Positions 1 to 11,800 of a stretch of DNA of 64,000 nt are shown in pieces. The stretch lies in IMG/VR virus record IMGVR_UViG_3300020392_000011, positions 4,634 through 68,633 of that record; one strand, written 5' to 3'. The notes under the pieces were generated by a model. That model made no database searches, was not told the DNA's origin, and saw only the letters and a list, made by a program, of their open reading frames with translations. The position numbers and the translations under genes are program-made. The stretch comes from a virus. How positions within the stretch are numbered: the first letter of the stretch is position 1; each line of letters starts with the position of its first letter.

Positions 1-3000
1 GCAACTGGGGATTTATATGTTGAAAATTTAGCTGATGATAAGGATGTAATATTTAGAAGTGATGATGGCTCAGGTGGTTTTGCAACCTATTTCTTCCTAG
101 ATGGATCCCAACATAATACAAACTTCCAAAAAGATATAATATTTGCAGATAATAAAAAAGCAATGTTTGGTGGTTCTGGCGATTTACAAATCTATCACAA
201 TGGTACAGATAGTTATATTCAAGATGCAGGAACTGGTAATCTTAATATAAAGTCTAACGGATCATTTATAAACTTTCTAGATAATAGTAATAACTTAATG
301 GCCTTTATGGTTCCTGGCGGGTCTGTAGGACTATATCATAATACTTCTAAGAAGTTAGAAACAAAAGCAGCAGGTGTTGAAGTTACAGGACAGCTTTCAG
401 CTACAGGCAAAGTAGGTATTAATACCACTGATCCCGATGGTCAGGGTTATAGTTTTGCTGAAGATTTAGTTATCAGAGGTGGTAATTCAGCAAGTGATGG
501 TGTGGGTATCACACTCAGAGGTAATGGTAAGCGATATGGAGTTATTGCTTTTGGTGATAATGCTGATCCTAATACTGGTGAGATATTTTATGACCATACT
601 GCTAACTCTATGACATTTAGAACAAATGACCAGCAAAATGTAATTATTGGTAGCACAGGTAATCTTAATATAGCAAATGGTGATCTTAAGATCGGTGATA
701 CTTCAGTTATTACATCTGCTAGAAATCTTACTAATATCGGTACTATCAGTAGTGGAAATATTACAAGTACAGGGTCAATAACTTCTGGTACTAACTTAAA
801 AACTTCAAATGGAATTATTACTTTAACACATTCAGGAAATACTCACGATTATAATATTTATGGTAGAGATAATACCTTTAGAATTCTTTGGGGCGGTGGT
901 ACAAAACTTTATGCTAAGACGGGACATAGTTTACATTTCGGTAATTACAATGGAGATCAGGGTGGATCAAATGCTGATAATCAAGACCCAAGAATAATTG
1001 CAACAGGTGCAACTACCATTAATGGATTAGCTGTTAAGGGATTACATTTTGCGACTAATGATACAAATAGATTTACAATAGCAGCTGATGGTAAAGCTAG
1101 CTTTAGTGAACATGTAACCTTAGATGATAATAAGCAATTAAGAATAGGTACTGGTGATGATTTAGCAATATATCATACTGGATTTGATTCATACATAGAT
1201 AATGCAAATGGTCATTTAGTAATTAGACAAACAGATAACGACAGAGATATTGTATTACAATCAGATGATGGAAGTGGTGGAACTGCAGATTATATTAGAC
1301 TAGATGGAAGCACAGGTTTAACTCAATTTGATAAAGATACTAAGCATAGTGATGGTATTAAAGCAACATTTGGTGCAGGTGCTGATTTACAAATTTATCA
1401 CGATCCACATAATTCATTTATATTGCATAATAATTCTAATGGATATTTTGCAATTAAAAATGAAAATGGTTCATTATTTCTACACGGTAATAGAGTCGAT
1501 TTAAGAAGCTCAACTGGCAATGAAACAATGCTACAAGCATTTCATAATGGTGCAGTAAAGTTATATCACGATGCAGTATTAAAATTAGAAACAAATGCAT
1601 CTGGCATAGATGTTACTGGCTCAGTCGTTAGTGATAGTTTAAGTGTAGGTTCAGATACTGATACTATTTCAACTTTAGGTAGAGCTAAGATTGGTGCCTT
1701 TGTTACAGACTATGCTTACTTCTCACATATTGATAATGCAACATCAACTAACTATGCGTTAAATCAAAATAGTACAGGTGCAACTTCCGTAAATGCTAAA
1801 GCTGGTGCAAGTGTATCTTTAAAAATTAATAATTCAAGTAAGCTCACAGTCGATTCTTCTGGAAATACAACTATTGCTGGTAACCTAACAGTAAATGGTA
1901 CTACAACTACTGTAAGTTCAACTAACACAACTGTTACTGATGCTTTAATCGAATTAAACTCAGGTCTTACTGGTTCTAATACAAACGACATTGGTTTTAT
2001 ATTTGAAAGAGGCTCAACCGGTAGTAATATGGGTATCATATTTGATGAATCGGAAGATAGCTTTGCTTTCATCAATACAGCTTCAAGTACAGGAGCTACA
2101 ACAGGTAATGTTGTAATTGATGGTTACCAAAAAATAAGAGCTGGAGCAAACTCAAGATTCTCTGGTACTTTAACGATTGGTAATAATAGTCAAACATCAG
2201 TAGGAAGTCCAAACACACATGTAGTAGTAAGTTCAAATGTAAATAATCAAAGAGTTGCATATACACTTAACGTAATGGAAGGCGCTAACAATAGAAGAGC
2301 TACGTTCTTCCTAGATGATAATGATGGAACATACGGATTTGATGCAACGGCTTCGTCAGGTGTACCTCGTTTTGTTATTAGAAATGCTCTGACAGAAACT
2401 TTTACAGTTAATCAGTCAGGTAGAGTTGGTATAGGTGAATCTAGCCCAGTACATAGAGTAGAAGCTAAGGGCACTGATGCTGCATTTATTGCTCATTACA
2501 GCGCGCAATCAAGAGGTGGTTTTGCCGCTTTAACAGGTCAAAGAGTAGCTTTCCTTACAACATCTACAAATGATGATTTAGTATTTGGTAGAGCGTCTAA
2601 TCCAGTAGCTTCATCCGGCTTTGTTGAAAGAATGAGAATTGACAACGGAACTGGCCATGTTGGTATAGGTACGACTTCACCAGGCAGAAAATTAGAGGTT
2701 AGTTCAAATGCTTCTGATGTTCCACAAATAAGAGCGGCATATAACGCAACTAACTTTTTAGATTTAAAACATAATTTAATAAATGCTGTATCCTCTGGTG
2801 GTAATGATACACTTCAATTACAAACTGCTGGTACAACTGGATTAACGATTAATGTTAACCAAAATGTTGGTATAGGTACAACAAGTCCCACTCATAAGTT
2901 ACATACCAGTACTTCTGCTACCGGAGTTTTTATTCAGAGAGAAATCTCATCTAATGCCGCTAACCTCTCAGAGTTTAATTCTAACAGATCACTAATTATA

Positions 3001-5697
3001 AAAAATAGAGCGAGTGGATCCTTCCTAATGTTTGGTGGAAACGGATCAAGAACTGATATTCAAGCTAGTGATGGCGCAGGCTCACCAACTGCTAAAAACA
3101 TTGCTTTAAATCCTTTCGGTGGCAACGTTGGAATTGGAACTGCAAGTCCTACTTCTTCTTTAGATGTTTTTTCAAGCGATTCTAGTATTGCTAAATTTAC
3201 TAGAGATTTAACAACTGATGTTTCTTTAAATGTATCAGCAGATAATGATGGAACTATTTTGTCAACTGGTGGTGTTCATGCTTTTAGGGTCTTTACTAAT
3301 AGCGCAGAAAGAATGCGTATTAATTCTTCTGGTAATGTTAGTATTGGAAGTGATGCAAATATGTCAGGAGTAAAACTAAATGTACGTAGTGGTAATATTC
3401 ATGTAGGAGCATTTGGAGCTACAGGAAGTAAATTTGGAGTGCGTTATTCTTCTGATGATGGCTCAAGTCACTGGTATACATATTCCGCTACTGGTGGAGA
3501 ACTTGTTTTTGGTAGAAGTGGTGTAATAGGAGATTCCGAAAAGGTTCGCTTTGATTCATCAGGTAATGTTGGTATAGGAACAAACAATCCTATTTTAAAA
3601 TTACAAGTTGTTGGAGATATATATGCTAACAATGGTTCTATGTTTATTGACAGTGGTCGAAGATTAAAATGGGGTAATTCACAACAATTTATAGAAGGCA
3701 CAAATAGTGGTCCACTAGAATTCGGTGCAGGTAATGCTGTCAGAATGACAATTGCAAATGGTGGTAATGTTGGAATCGGAACTACTTCACCTACAGCTAA
3801 ATTAGATATTAGTGGTACTACTAAATTAAATGGTGGCACTTTCTCAGGAAGTATTGATACTGTAAACGATGCAGCTTTAGTCTTACCTCAAACAAAAGTA
3901 ATGTACTCTTTATCAAGTTCTGGAGAATATTTAAGAAAAATCTTCCACCATGAATCAGGTAATGGTCATTTCATATTTGGTCAACAGGGTACAAGTTTAA
4001 TTGCTGATATGCTATTCTATCCAGGTTCTTCTGGTAATATTAGATTTTACGGAAGTGGAAGTGAAGATGTCAGGATTACTTCAGCTGGTAAAGTTGGTAT
4101 AGGAACCGCTGCACCAGTAGGAACATTCCACGCAGTAGGAACTGGACATACATTCGATACATCAGATGGTTCAGGAGTACAGATAATAAGAACGGGCAAT
4201 TCTGCTCATTTACATTTATTCCCAGCATTCTCATCAGTTCCAACAATACAAGGACAGGGTGCAGGTGGATTACATTTAGGATATGATAGTGCTACAGATG
4301 GTATTAGAATAGATACAAATAATTCTGTCATACTTGGAGGAACTAGTGCTATACATTCAGCGGCTGACTTAAGTATTTATGGAGGCTCTGGTGACTATGT
4401 TAGAATAGCTTTACAAGACCAAGACGGAACAAATCAAACTGCATTTATTGATAAATCAGGTGGTGAATTATCTTTAGTTAGTCAAAATGGTACTTCACAT
4501 GGTACATTCTCAGTAAGATCATTTAACGGTACAACAACAGCAATAAGATTAGCAGTAAATAGTGCAGGAGCAGTTACTTTTAATTCAGCATATACATTCC
4601 CAATATCTGATGGGTCTTCTGGCCAGGTATTAATATCTGATGGGTCAGGTGCTTTAAGCTTTGGAGATGTTACAGCAAGTAATGCTGATACAGTAGATAG
4701 TTTACATGCAGCATCATTCCTTAGAAGTGATGCAGCAGATACAGGAACTGGTAATATAACACTTACTGGTACTAGTGACTTTCCACTTACAATAGGAAAT
4801 GGTAGTGCAAGAAGAGCAATTAAAATTAATAGTAGCCAATGGCCTGAAGTAAGATTCTTTAATGCTGGAACAGAAAACGCAAGGATAGGTACCGCACAAC
4901 AGAGTAGTAGTTATAATACATCTGCAGGTGACTTCTTTGTTTATTGCCCAAGCACAGATAAAGTGAATTTAATGGTTCCAAAAGATGGTGGATCATTTAA
5001 AAGATTTAATGGTGCTCATACAGTTTGGGATTCAGGTAATGATGGCTCAGGTTCAGGTCTAGATGCTGATACAGTTGACGGTGTTCAAGCATCTGCATTA
5101 ACAAAAACTACTGCAACCACAACTCAAAACATGAATAACTTTGATATTACTGGTGTTAATAGACTTACATTTAATGATCCTGGAGTTACTGAAGGTATTA
5201 AGTGGGCAGGTGGTAATCAATGGCAAATATATGAATCTGGAAATGACCAAACAAATACTTCGGGTAATTTACAATTCACAAGTGGAAGTGGTAATGGTAC
5301 AATAAGAATGACACTTGATACAAGTGGTGGTTTAAATGTTACTGGAACACTTACAGCAACTGCTAAATCATTTGATATAAAACATCCGACAAAAGAAGGT
5401 ATGCGTTTACATCACGGTGTTTTAGAGGGACCAGAGCATGCCGTATATATTAGAGGTAAAACAAATAGCTATATAATAGAATTGCCAGATTATTGGGAAG
5501 GTCTTGTTCACGAAGATACAATTACTGTTCAGCTGACTCCAATCGGTGGTCAAAATAATATGTGGGTAGAAAACATAGAAGATAATAAAGTATATATTGA
5601 ATGTGAAAGAGAAATGAGACAATATTTCTATTTCATACAAGCCGAACGTAAAGATGTCGAAAGGTTTGAGGTAGAATATGACGATAGCATACAATAG
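1..5697 (+). CDS. Long tail fibre / adhesin (5' truncated; frame is open from base 1)
   Basis: Gly/Ser/Thr/Asn-rich; many VGIGTTSP and DLQIYH repeats; GNDGSGSGLDAD module; C-terminal KSFDIKHP...LEGPE...LPDYW...VQLTP module typical of phage fibre ends. Frame 1 has no stop before the ORF-track start at 163. Confidence 0.85.
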   Translation, partial: ATGDLYVENLADDKDVIFRSDDGSGGFATYFFLDGSQHNTNFQKDIIFADNKKAMFGGSGDLQIYHNGTDSYIQDAGTGNLNIKSNGSFINFLDNSNNLMAFMVPGGSVGLYHNTSKKLETKAAGVEVTGQLSATGKVGINTTDPDGQGYSFAEDLVIRGGNSASDGVGITLRGNGKRYGVIAFGDNADPNTGEIFYDHTANSMTFRTNDQQNVIIGSTGNLNIANGDLKIGDTSVITSARNLTNIGTISSGNITSTGSITSGTNLKTSNGIITLTHSGNTHDYNIYGRDNTFRILWGGGTKLYAKTGHSLHFGNYNGDQGGSNADNQDPRIIATGATTINGLAVKGLHFATNDTNRFTIAADGKASFSEHVTLDDNKQLRIGTGDDLAIYHTGFDSYIDNANGHLVIRQTDNDRDIVLQSDDGSGGTADYIRLDGSTGLTQFDKDTKHSDGIKATFGAGADLQIYHDPHNSFILHNNSNGYFAIKNENGSLFLHGNRVDLRSSTGNETMLQAFHNGAVKLYHDAVLKLETNASGIDVTGSVVSDSLSVGSDTDTISTLGRAKIGAFVTDYAYFSHIDNATSTNYALNQNSTGATSVNAKAGASVSLKINNSSKLTVDSSGNTTIAGNLTVNGTTTTVSSTNTTVTDALIELNSGLTGSNTNDIGFIFERGSTGSNMGIIFDESEDSFAFINTASSTGATTGNVVIDGYQKIRAGANSRFSGTLTIGNNSQTSVGSPNTHVVVSSNVNNQRVAYTLNVMEGANNRRATFFLDDNDGTYGFDATASSGVPRFVIRNALTETFTVNQSGRVGIGESSPVHRVEAKGTDAAFIAHYSAQSRGGFAALTGQRVAFLTTSTNDDLVFGRASNPVASSGFVERMRIDNGTGHVGIGTTSPGRKLEVSSNASDVPQIRAAYNATNFLDLKHNLINAVSSGGNDTLQLQTAGTTGLTINVNQNVGIGTTSPTHKLHTSTSATGVFIQREISSNAANLSEFNSNRSLIIKNRASGSFLMFGGNGSRTDIQASDGAGSPTAKNIALNPFGGNVGIGTASPTSSLDVFSSDSSIAKFTRDLTTDVSLNVSADNDGTILSTGGVHAFRVFTNSAERMRINSSGNVSIGSDANMSGVKLNVRSGNIHVGAFGATGSKFGVRYSSDDGSSHWYTYSATGGELVFGRSGVIGDSEKVRFDSSGNVGIGTNNPILKLQVVGDIYANNGSMFIDSGRRLKWGNSQQFIEGTNSGPLEFGAGNAVRMTIANGGNVGIGTTSPTAKLDISGTTKLNGGTFSGSIDTVNDAALVLPQTKVMYSLSSSGEYLRKIFHHESGNGHFIFGQQGTSLIADMLFYPGSSGNIRFYGSGSEDVRITSAGKVGIGTAAPVGTFHAVGTGHTFDTSDGSGVQIIRTGNSAHLHLFPAFSSVPTIQGQGAGGLHLGYDSATDGIRIDTNNSVILGGTSAIHSAADLSIYGGSGDYVRIALQDQDGTNQTAFIDKSGGELSLVSQNGTSHGTFSVRSFNGTTTAIRLAVNSAGAVTFNSAYTFPISDGSSGQVLISDGSGALSFGDVTASNADTVDSLHAASFLRSDAADTGTGNITLTGTSDFPLTIGNGSARRAIKINSSQWPEVRFFNAGTENARIGTAQQSSSYNTSAGDFFVYCPSTDKVNLMVPKDGGSFKRFNGAHTVWDSGNDGSGSGLDADTVDGVQASALTKTTATTTQNMNNFDITGVNRLTFNDPGVTEGIKWAGGNQWQIYESGNDQTNTSGNLQFTSGSGNGTIRMTLDTSGGLNVTGTLTATAKSFDIKHPTKEGMRLHHGVLEGPEHAVYIRGKTNSYIIELPDYWEGLVHEDTITVQLTPIGGQNNMWVENIEDNKVYIECEREMRQYFYFIQAERKDVERFEVEYDDSIQ

Positions 5698-6601
5698 AAG
5701 AACAACGGGCCTGTTTGACAATGGTGCAGCTCAAAAAGGTGACCTTACTAATTTTACTATCTTTGATTCAATAAGAACTACTTCTGGTGACTTTTTGAGC
5801 AATGGTGGTTCGTTCTTTATGAACCGAAATCGTTATGGTAATACAATTACAGGTTCGCAATATATTTATGTAGATACATCATGTGTTTATCAGCTATCGT
5901 ATTCAATAAAAACAATTACACAAAGTTATAATAATAGAAACGGAAGTGGACATTTAGGTTATATAGGTTACGATGAAAATAAAAATTTTATTGACTTAAG
6001 GCATTGCAAAGGCTTTGGAGATACTCAATTAACAAGAGCAGCATCTCCTGGCGATACAACCATATACGTTGCTGATGCATCAGGATTTTCCACAAGCACA
6101 TCTAGTCATCAAAGATGTATAATGTATTTTGGTGGATCATATCCTTATTCTGCTGGTTACACAAGACATGCTACATTTAATGATTCTTATTCAACTACAG
6201 CTCTTACAAACTTAGGAGGAGGAGAATGGTCAATTGCTTTAAATAGTGGTTTACCTACTTTTTCCGATTTACAAGATGGTAACGGCCAATATCCTGTAGG
6301 TACTTATGTAGCTAACGGTAGAGCTGGTGGTACATATAACTATGCAATGGGTGCACCAGTATATCCACAAGATTGGACTACTTATACTGCAGTATGTACT
6401 GGAGAAACAAGAGGTAGTGGTTCTACATTTAGATACGGAGTAAAATATATTAGGTTTATGAATTTATCAAATTATAATTTTAGGACAGAACAGGCAGGAG
6501 ATTCAGCAAGATATGTAATGGATAATTTATTTTTTGGAAAAATACCTTCAACAAATGATACACTGCCAAATAGCTTTTTACAATCAGATAGGTTTAGATA
6601 A
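5678..6601 (+). CDS. Hypothetical tail/virion-associated protein (carbohydrate-binding-like)
   Basis: 307-aa ORF overlapping the fibre stop; aromatic/Gly-rich composition; tail-fibre context. Confidence 0.5.
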   Translation: MTIAYNRRTTGLFDNGAAQKGDLTNFTIFDSIRTTSGDFLSNGGSFFMNRNRYGNTITGSQYIYVDTSCVYQLSYSIKTITQSYNNRNGSGHLGYIGYDENKNFIDLRHCKGFGDTQLTRAASPGDTTIYVADASGFSTSTSSHQRCIMYFGGSYPYSAGYTRHATFNDSYSTTALTNLGGGEWSIALNSGLPTFSDLQDGNGQYPVGTYVANGRAGGTYNYAMGAPVYPQDWTTYTAVCTGETRGSGSTFRYGVKYIRFMNLSNYNFRTEQAGDSARYVMDNLFFGKIPSTNDTLPNSFLQSDRFR

Positions 6602-6717
6602 TGGAATATATAGAAATAGACGGAGAGTACTTTGTAATAGATAGTAATGAATTAGATCCAAATGGCGAACCATTGTTCGTGCAAATTACAAAGGAAGAAT
6701 ACGAAGAAAACAAATGA
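6601..6717 (+). CDS. Small acidic hypothetical protein (38 aa, MEYIEIDGEYFVIDSNE...)
   Basis: Fills the gap exactly, with overlapping TAATG and ATGA junctions; not in the ORF track. Confidence 0.6.
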   Translation: MEYIEIDGEYFVIDSNELDPNGEPLFVQITKEEYEENK

Positions 6718-7484
6718 TAGGAAATAATATTAAATTACATCCCGCTCTATGCTTTAGCTTTGATGCATTAAATACAAAATGCTATTCAGGTTCTGGTACA
6801 ACATTTACTGAAATGGTAAGTGGACAAACAGGAACAGCAACAACTGCTAGTGGAGGAACTCTTGCATTAGATAGTACATTAGGCTCAAGTCATTTAAAAT
6901 TTACTAATACAAATGCTGCTGATAGAACTGCATATATTTCTTTTCCTGTAAATATAACAAGTAATAGTGGCGGTGTATATGTACCACAAGGATCAAATGC
7001 TACATGGAATTGGTGGCATTATTTTCAGGATGCAGGTAATGTTGATCATCCAAATTATGGTTGGGAAACTGGTAATGGTTGGAATGGAATTGCAGGATTT
7101 GTTTTTGGTACAGGGTTTGGTACAGATGGTCCAAGATGGGGAATAGCTGGTGAAGATTATACAGTGTATAATGAAACGGGTTCTACAACTGGAGATTATA
7201 GAACTAATGAATGGCAAAATTATTGTGTAACATTCAATGGCAATGATTCATCAAATAATGTAAAGACATATTTAAATGGTACTCTAGTTGATGAAAGAAA
7301 TGTAGGAAGTTCAAATAAAGTAATTCCTGCTACTAATACTAACAATTTATTTATTGGTGCGACTAATAACAGAGGTGGCAATTGGAATGGTTATATGGAT
7401 ATAGTGCAAATGTATGAAGCTACTTTAAATGCATCAGAAGTAAAAGAATTATACAATTCATATAAAGGAAGGTTTGGTTTATAA
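6714..7484 (+). CDS. LamG / concanavalin A-like lectin domain virion protein
   Basis: FDALNTKCYSGSGT N-terminus, WQNYCVTFNG...TYLNG, MYEATLNASEVKELYNSYKGRFGL C-terminus typical of phage LamG proteins. Confidence 0.8.
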   Translation: MIGNNIKLHPALCFSFDALNTKCYSGSGTTFTEMVSGQTGTATTASGGTLALDSTLGSSHLKFTNTNAADRTAYISFPVNITSNSGGVYVPQGSNATWNWWHYFQDAGNVDHPNYGWETGNGWNGIAGFVFGTGFGTDGPRWGIAGEDYTVYNETGSTTGDYRTNEWQNYCVTFNGNDSSNNVKTYLNGTLVDERNVGSSNKVIPATNTNNLFIGATNNRGGNWNGYMDIVQMYEATLNASEVKELYNSYKGRFGL

Positions 7485-8833
7485 TGGCAATAGGAAGTCC
7501 AGTATCAAATGCTAATCTAGAATTTTGGTGGGATATGGATAGCCGTAAGTCATTTAAAGGTAAGCCTACTACTAATTTTTGTTATCATAGAAATTCTATT
7601 CATCAACCCAAAGAGAATTTATCATTTCATAATTATAATAATGATGCAACTTTTAATAAAAATCATCCTGGTAGAGTAGTTGTAAATTCGCCTACGGGTG
7701 GTACATTATCAACAAACGTTAATACTGGAGTTAATAGTGGTAATTGGCAAGTAACACATCATGGATATTGGAAGTGGGATTTTCAAAGAAGAAAAGCTTG
7801 TTTTTTTATGAATGATGTTGATGCCCAATGGAAAGCAAACTCATTTGGTTTAGGCCAAAGTTTAACCAATTATAATTTAGCTGCAGGTGATACGTTTTCT
7901 CTGTCATGGGATCAATGGACGAGTAGAATTGATAAATGTGCTCGAGCAGGTTTATATATGCGAAATACCTCTGGCACTAGGGGGTTTCATGCTGGTCAAT
8001 CTACTGGTGCAACTGCAAAAAATACTATACCTTATAAATGGCAAAGAGTATATCATACATTTACAGTACCGTCGAATATGGATATGAGTTATCATGTACA
8101 AATATATTGTTATGGTTTTTATAATGCTCGCGGTGTAGTTAAAATGGATAACTTACAATTTGAAAAAGGTAACCCATCTTATTTTGTACAAGACTCAAAA
8201 GGCGATCCTGTAAGTACTAGAAGTTCTACTGAAGGATTAATAGATTTGAGTGGTAATAATACAATTACAATTAATGATTTTAACTATTTGGCTGATGCAA
8301 GCTTTAATCTTACTGGTAGTTCTCATTATGCATCCGTCAGTGGTAGCTTAGCAACTGATTGCGATGGTAATGTTACAATGATGAGTTGGTTTAAACAATT
8401 AAGTAGAAATGGTCCACATCAAACTATTGTATGTACAAATACGGGTTATAGACAAGGTATGAAATTAATGAGTGCATACCATGCTCAAGGTGGAGCATTT
8501 TGGGTTGCAAATGCAGATGGAACGGGCGATACATTACTAAATACAGGTGGTACAACATTAGAAAATACTGGTATTCATCATATAGCAGCTACAAGAAATA
8601 GTAGTACAGGAGCATTAAAAATATATTTAGATGGAGTTTTAGTTAATACTGCTACTGGCTCGACTGGAGATGTATCTAATACTAGTACATCAAATGCAAA
8701 GATAGGCTTAGAGTATCATTCAGGAAGTTATGGTGCTAACTCTACAATTTATGATACAAGAGTTTATAGTAGAGAACTTTCTTCAAATGAAATATTAACA
8801 ATATATAACTCAACCAAATCTAAATACTTATAA
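7484..8833 (+). CDS. LamG / concanavalin A-like domain protein with inserted carbohydrate-binding-like domain
   Basis: HHIAATRN...KIYLDG, RVYSRELSSNEILTIYN; internal WQRVYHTFT...DNLQFEKG segment. Confidence 0.75.
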   Translation: MAIGSPVSNANLEFWWDMDSRKSFKGKPTTNFCYHRNSIHQPKENLSFHNYNNDATFNKNHPGRVVVNSPTGGTLSTNVNTGVNSGNWQVTHHGYWKWDFQRRKACFFMNDVDAQWKANSFGLGQSLTNYNLAAGDTFSLSWDQWTSRIDKCARAGLYMRNTSGTRGFHAGQSTGATAKNTIPYKWQRVYHTFTVPSNMDMSYHVQIYCYGFYNARGVVKMDNLQFEKGNPSYFVQDSKGDPVSTRSSTEGLIDLSGNNTITINDFNYLADASFNLTGSSHYASVSGSLATDCDGNVTMMSWFKQLSRNGPHQTIVCTNTGYRQGMKLMSAYHAQGGAFWVANADGTGDTLLNTGGTTLENTGIHHIAATRNSSTGALKIYLDGVLVNTATGSTGDVSNTSTSNAKIGLEYHSGSYGANSTIYDTRVYSRELSSNEILTIYNSTKSKYL

Positions 8834-8836
8834 ATA
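8829..8836 (+). promoter_or_regulatory. T4-type late promoter TATAAATA (other copies at 13178, 19374, 21689, 23256, 26695, 28454, 29999, 39237, 41208, 41931, 57073, 58846, 61401)
   Basis: Exact gp55-dependent consensus directly upstream of structural genes; gp55 is encoded in the window. Confidence 0.85.
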
Positions 8837-8855
8837 GTATAAAGGAAACATATTT

Positions 8856-11800
8856 ATGGCATTAACTGATAAAGATATTTTAATTACCCCAAACGACGGG
8901 TCATCTACCGCTGATCCAAAACAGGAGTTTACTGGTGCAAGTTCTAGTGCAAGTGATACAATTACACTTGAAACTCAATTTGATGGCAGTATTACTACAC
9001 TAAGTTTTGATGGAAGCGAGGGTCAATTATTTTCTATTAGTAACGATTTAACTGGAACAATATTTGCAGTAAACGATTCTGCCGGTGTACCATCTCTTGA
9101 AATAGATAACGATGGCGAAGTACGGATAGCAGAATTTAGTGGTAATGTTGGTATTGGACTTACAGCTCCAGCTGATAAATTGCATGTCAAAGGTACTAGA
9201 ATTAGGTTAGACGGAACTCAATATGAGTTACGAACTTCAGCTGGTGTATTCAGAGCTGCACTTAAAGATGATGGTGGCCAAACAACATTATTTGCAGATG
9301 GCAATGGATCACAACCATATCTTAAATTTAATGGTTCTGATGTTATTATTGGTGATGGCACTTCAGGACAAGCCAAAGCATTGCAATTATTTGTAGGTTC
9401 AGCTGCAGTAACTACTGATAATACTGGTCTTACATTTACACTGGACGGAACATATTCCGACGGTAGATTCGAACACAGATTTAGAAAAAGAGATGAAGGT
9501 GGTGGAATACCACTTTATATCGATAAAACTGATGGAACTGCAAATTCTCATACAGCTATAGCTAGATTTGGGAGTTATACAAGTAATGCTGATCAATTTG
9601 AAGTCTATGGTGGTGCAAAAGTATCAGGTAACTTAACAGTTACAGGTGTTGCTAATATTACTGGTGGTGTAACATGCTCTACAGTAAATACTGGCCAGGG
9701 TTCAACTGAAGTACACTTAATGAACCAAAATGTTAGAACATCAGATGCAGTAACATTCACTACAGTTAATACGGGACAAGGTGCAACAGAAGTTCATTTA
9801 ATGAACCAAAATTTAAGAACAACTGATGATGTTACATTTGATGATTTAACTGTTACAGGCAACTTAACTATTACTGGTGATCTTAACACTGTATCAGTTA
9901 CCGATTTAGATGTAGCTGATAAAACAATTACATTAGGTAGAGGCCAAACGGAAGCTAACTCAGGAGGAAGTGGTATTATAATTGATGGTTCTGGTGCATC
10001 TCTACTTTGGGACGAAGCCGATAATTATTGGGCTTTTAATAAAAAAATAGCGTTTGACACAACACCTACAACTACTAACCAAGCTCTTGGTATCAGATGG
10101 ACAGGATTTGATAAAGAAGGAACTACTGATTTTTCTGATGTAGCAGAGATAATTCATACTACAAATACTGGAGGTCACTCAGGATCTGTACTTTTAATAA
10201 AGTCTCAAAACGACTCAAACGATGGTATCGCCTTTAACACAAATACTAGTTCATTCTTATATCGTAATAGTAATAAAATTTGGGATGCTGGTAATGATGG
10301 TTCAGGTTCAGGATTAGATGCCGATAAACTTGACGGTGTACAAGGTTCATCATTCTTAAGAAGTGATGCAAATGATACTGCAACAGGCGTAATTACATTT
10401 GCTAATACTCCTACCTTGGGAGGAACAACCTCTAATGAAGGTGGAGAAATAAACTTTGGTGCACCAACAGGTGGTGTACATTCATCATTTGCTTTAGATA
10501 ATTACCAAGGGCATTTTAGAGTACACACTCTTCAGTCAGGAAAAGAATTTAGAATACATAGTGCTTCAAGTGGATTAACAACTATAGGCTCAAATATAGG
10601 AACTGTATGGGCATCTGGTAACGATGGTAGCGGTTCAGGATTAGATGCAGATACATTAGATGGTGTTAACAGTGGTTCATTCTTAAGAAGTGATGCAAAC
10701 GATACTTATACTGGAACTTTATCATTAGCTGGTGTCATAAAAGATAGTGGTGATAACAGACAAATCCGATTAATGCATGGCACTACAAGCTCTCAACCTG
10801 CAATCGGGGTTGGTGAACAAGGCGTCTATGGTATGAAAATACGTTGGAACTCAGGCAGCAATATTGAGTTTGATGGATTCTGGAATACAAGTGTTACTGG
10901 TTCAAGAAATAGAGATTTAGGTAGCATTAATGTAAATAGTGCAGTATGGGATTTACCTACTGGTGTATTAATAAACGGAAGCACAGCATGGCATGCTGGT
11001 AATGACGGTTCAGGTTCAGGTCTAGATGCAGATACTCTTGATGGACAACATGGTTCACATTATTTAAATGCTAGTAATATTTCTTCAGGAACTCTTGCAG
11101 CAGCTAGAATACCAAACTTAGATGCGTCCAAGATTACGGCAGGAACATTCGCAGACGCTAGGATTCCTAATTTAGCGGGCTCTAAGATTACAAGTGGTAC
11201 AGTTCCTGTAGCAAGAATAAACTCTTCCAGTTCTACGTTTTTACTTGGTGGTATAAAAATTGCAGCTACTAATAATTCTCAAAATTTTATTGCTTTTTCG
11301 GGAACAACAGGAGATCAGCCTGGTAACTTTAATCACTCTTATATTGGAGAACAAATTTACGGTGGCAGTGAAAAATCAGAATTAGTTTTAGCAAAATATA
11401 ATGATGTACAAGGTTCTTCTGGTTCAGATAGAATTAGAATGATCGGTAACAATATTGTATTCGATACTTATAATTCTGTTATTACACCATCTACAAATGC
11501 ATCATTAAGTACTGCGGTAGGAACAGGAAGTCCAAGTACGAGAATGACTATAAATCAAAATGGTTTAGTGACTATAAATTCTGTTAATAATGCTTATGCC
11601 TTCCAGGTGTTTGGTGGAGATACTGATTCATTTTTTGGTGTATCAGATGATGCAAATAACAGTGCTAATATTATTGTTACTAGGTCTAATGGAGTAACAT
11701 CTTTTCAGCATTTAGGTCATACTGGTGCAACTACAATAAACGGTACTTTAACAGTCTCAGGAAACATCATTGGTAATGACATTAAAGCAGCAGGTTCAGG

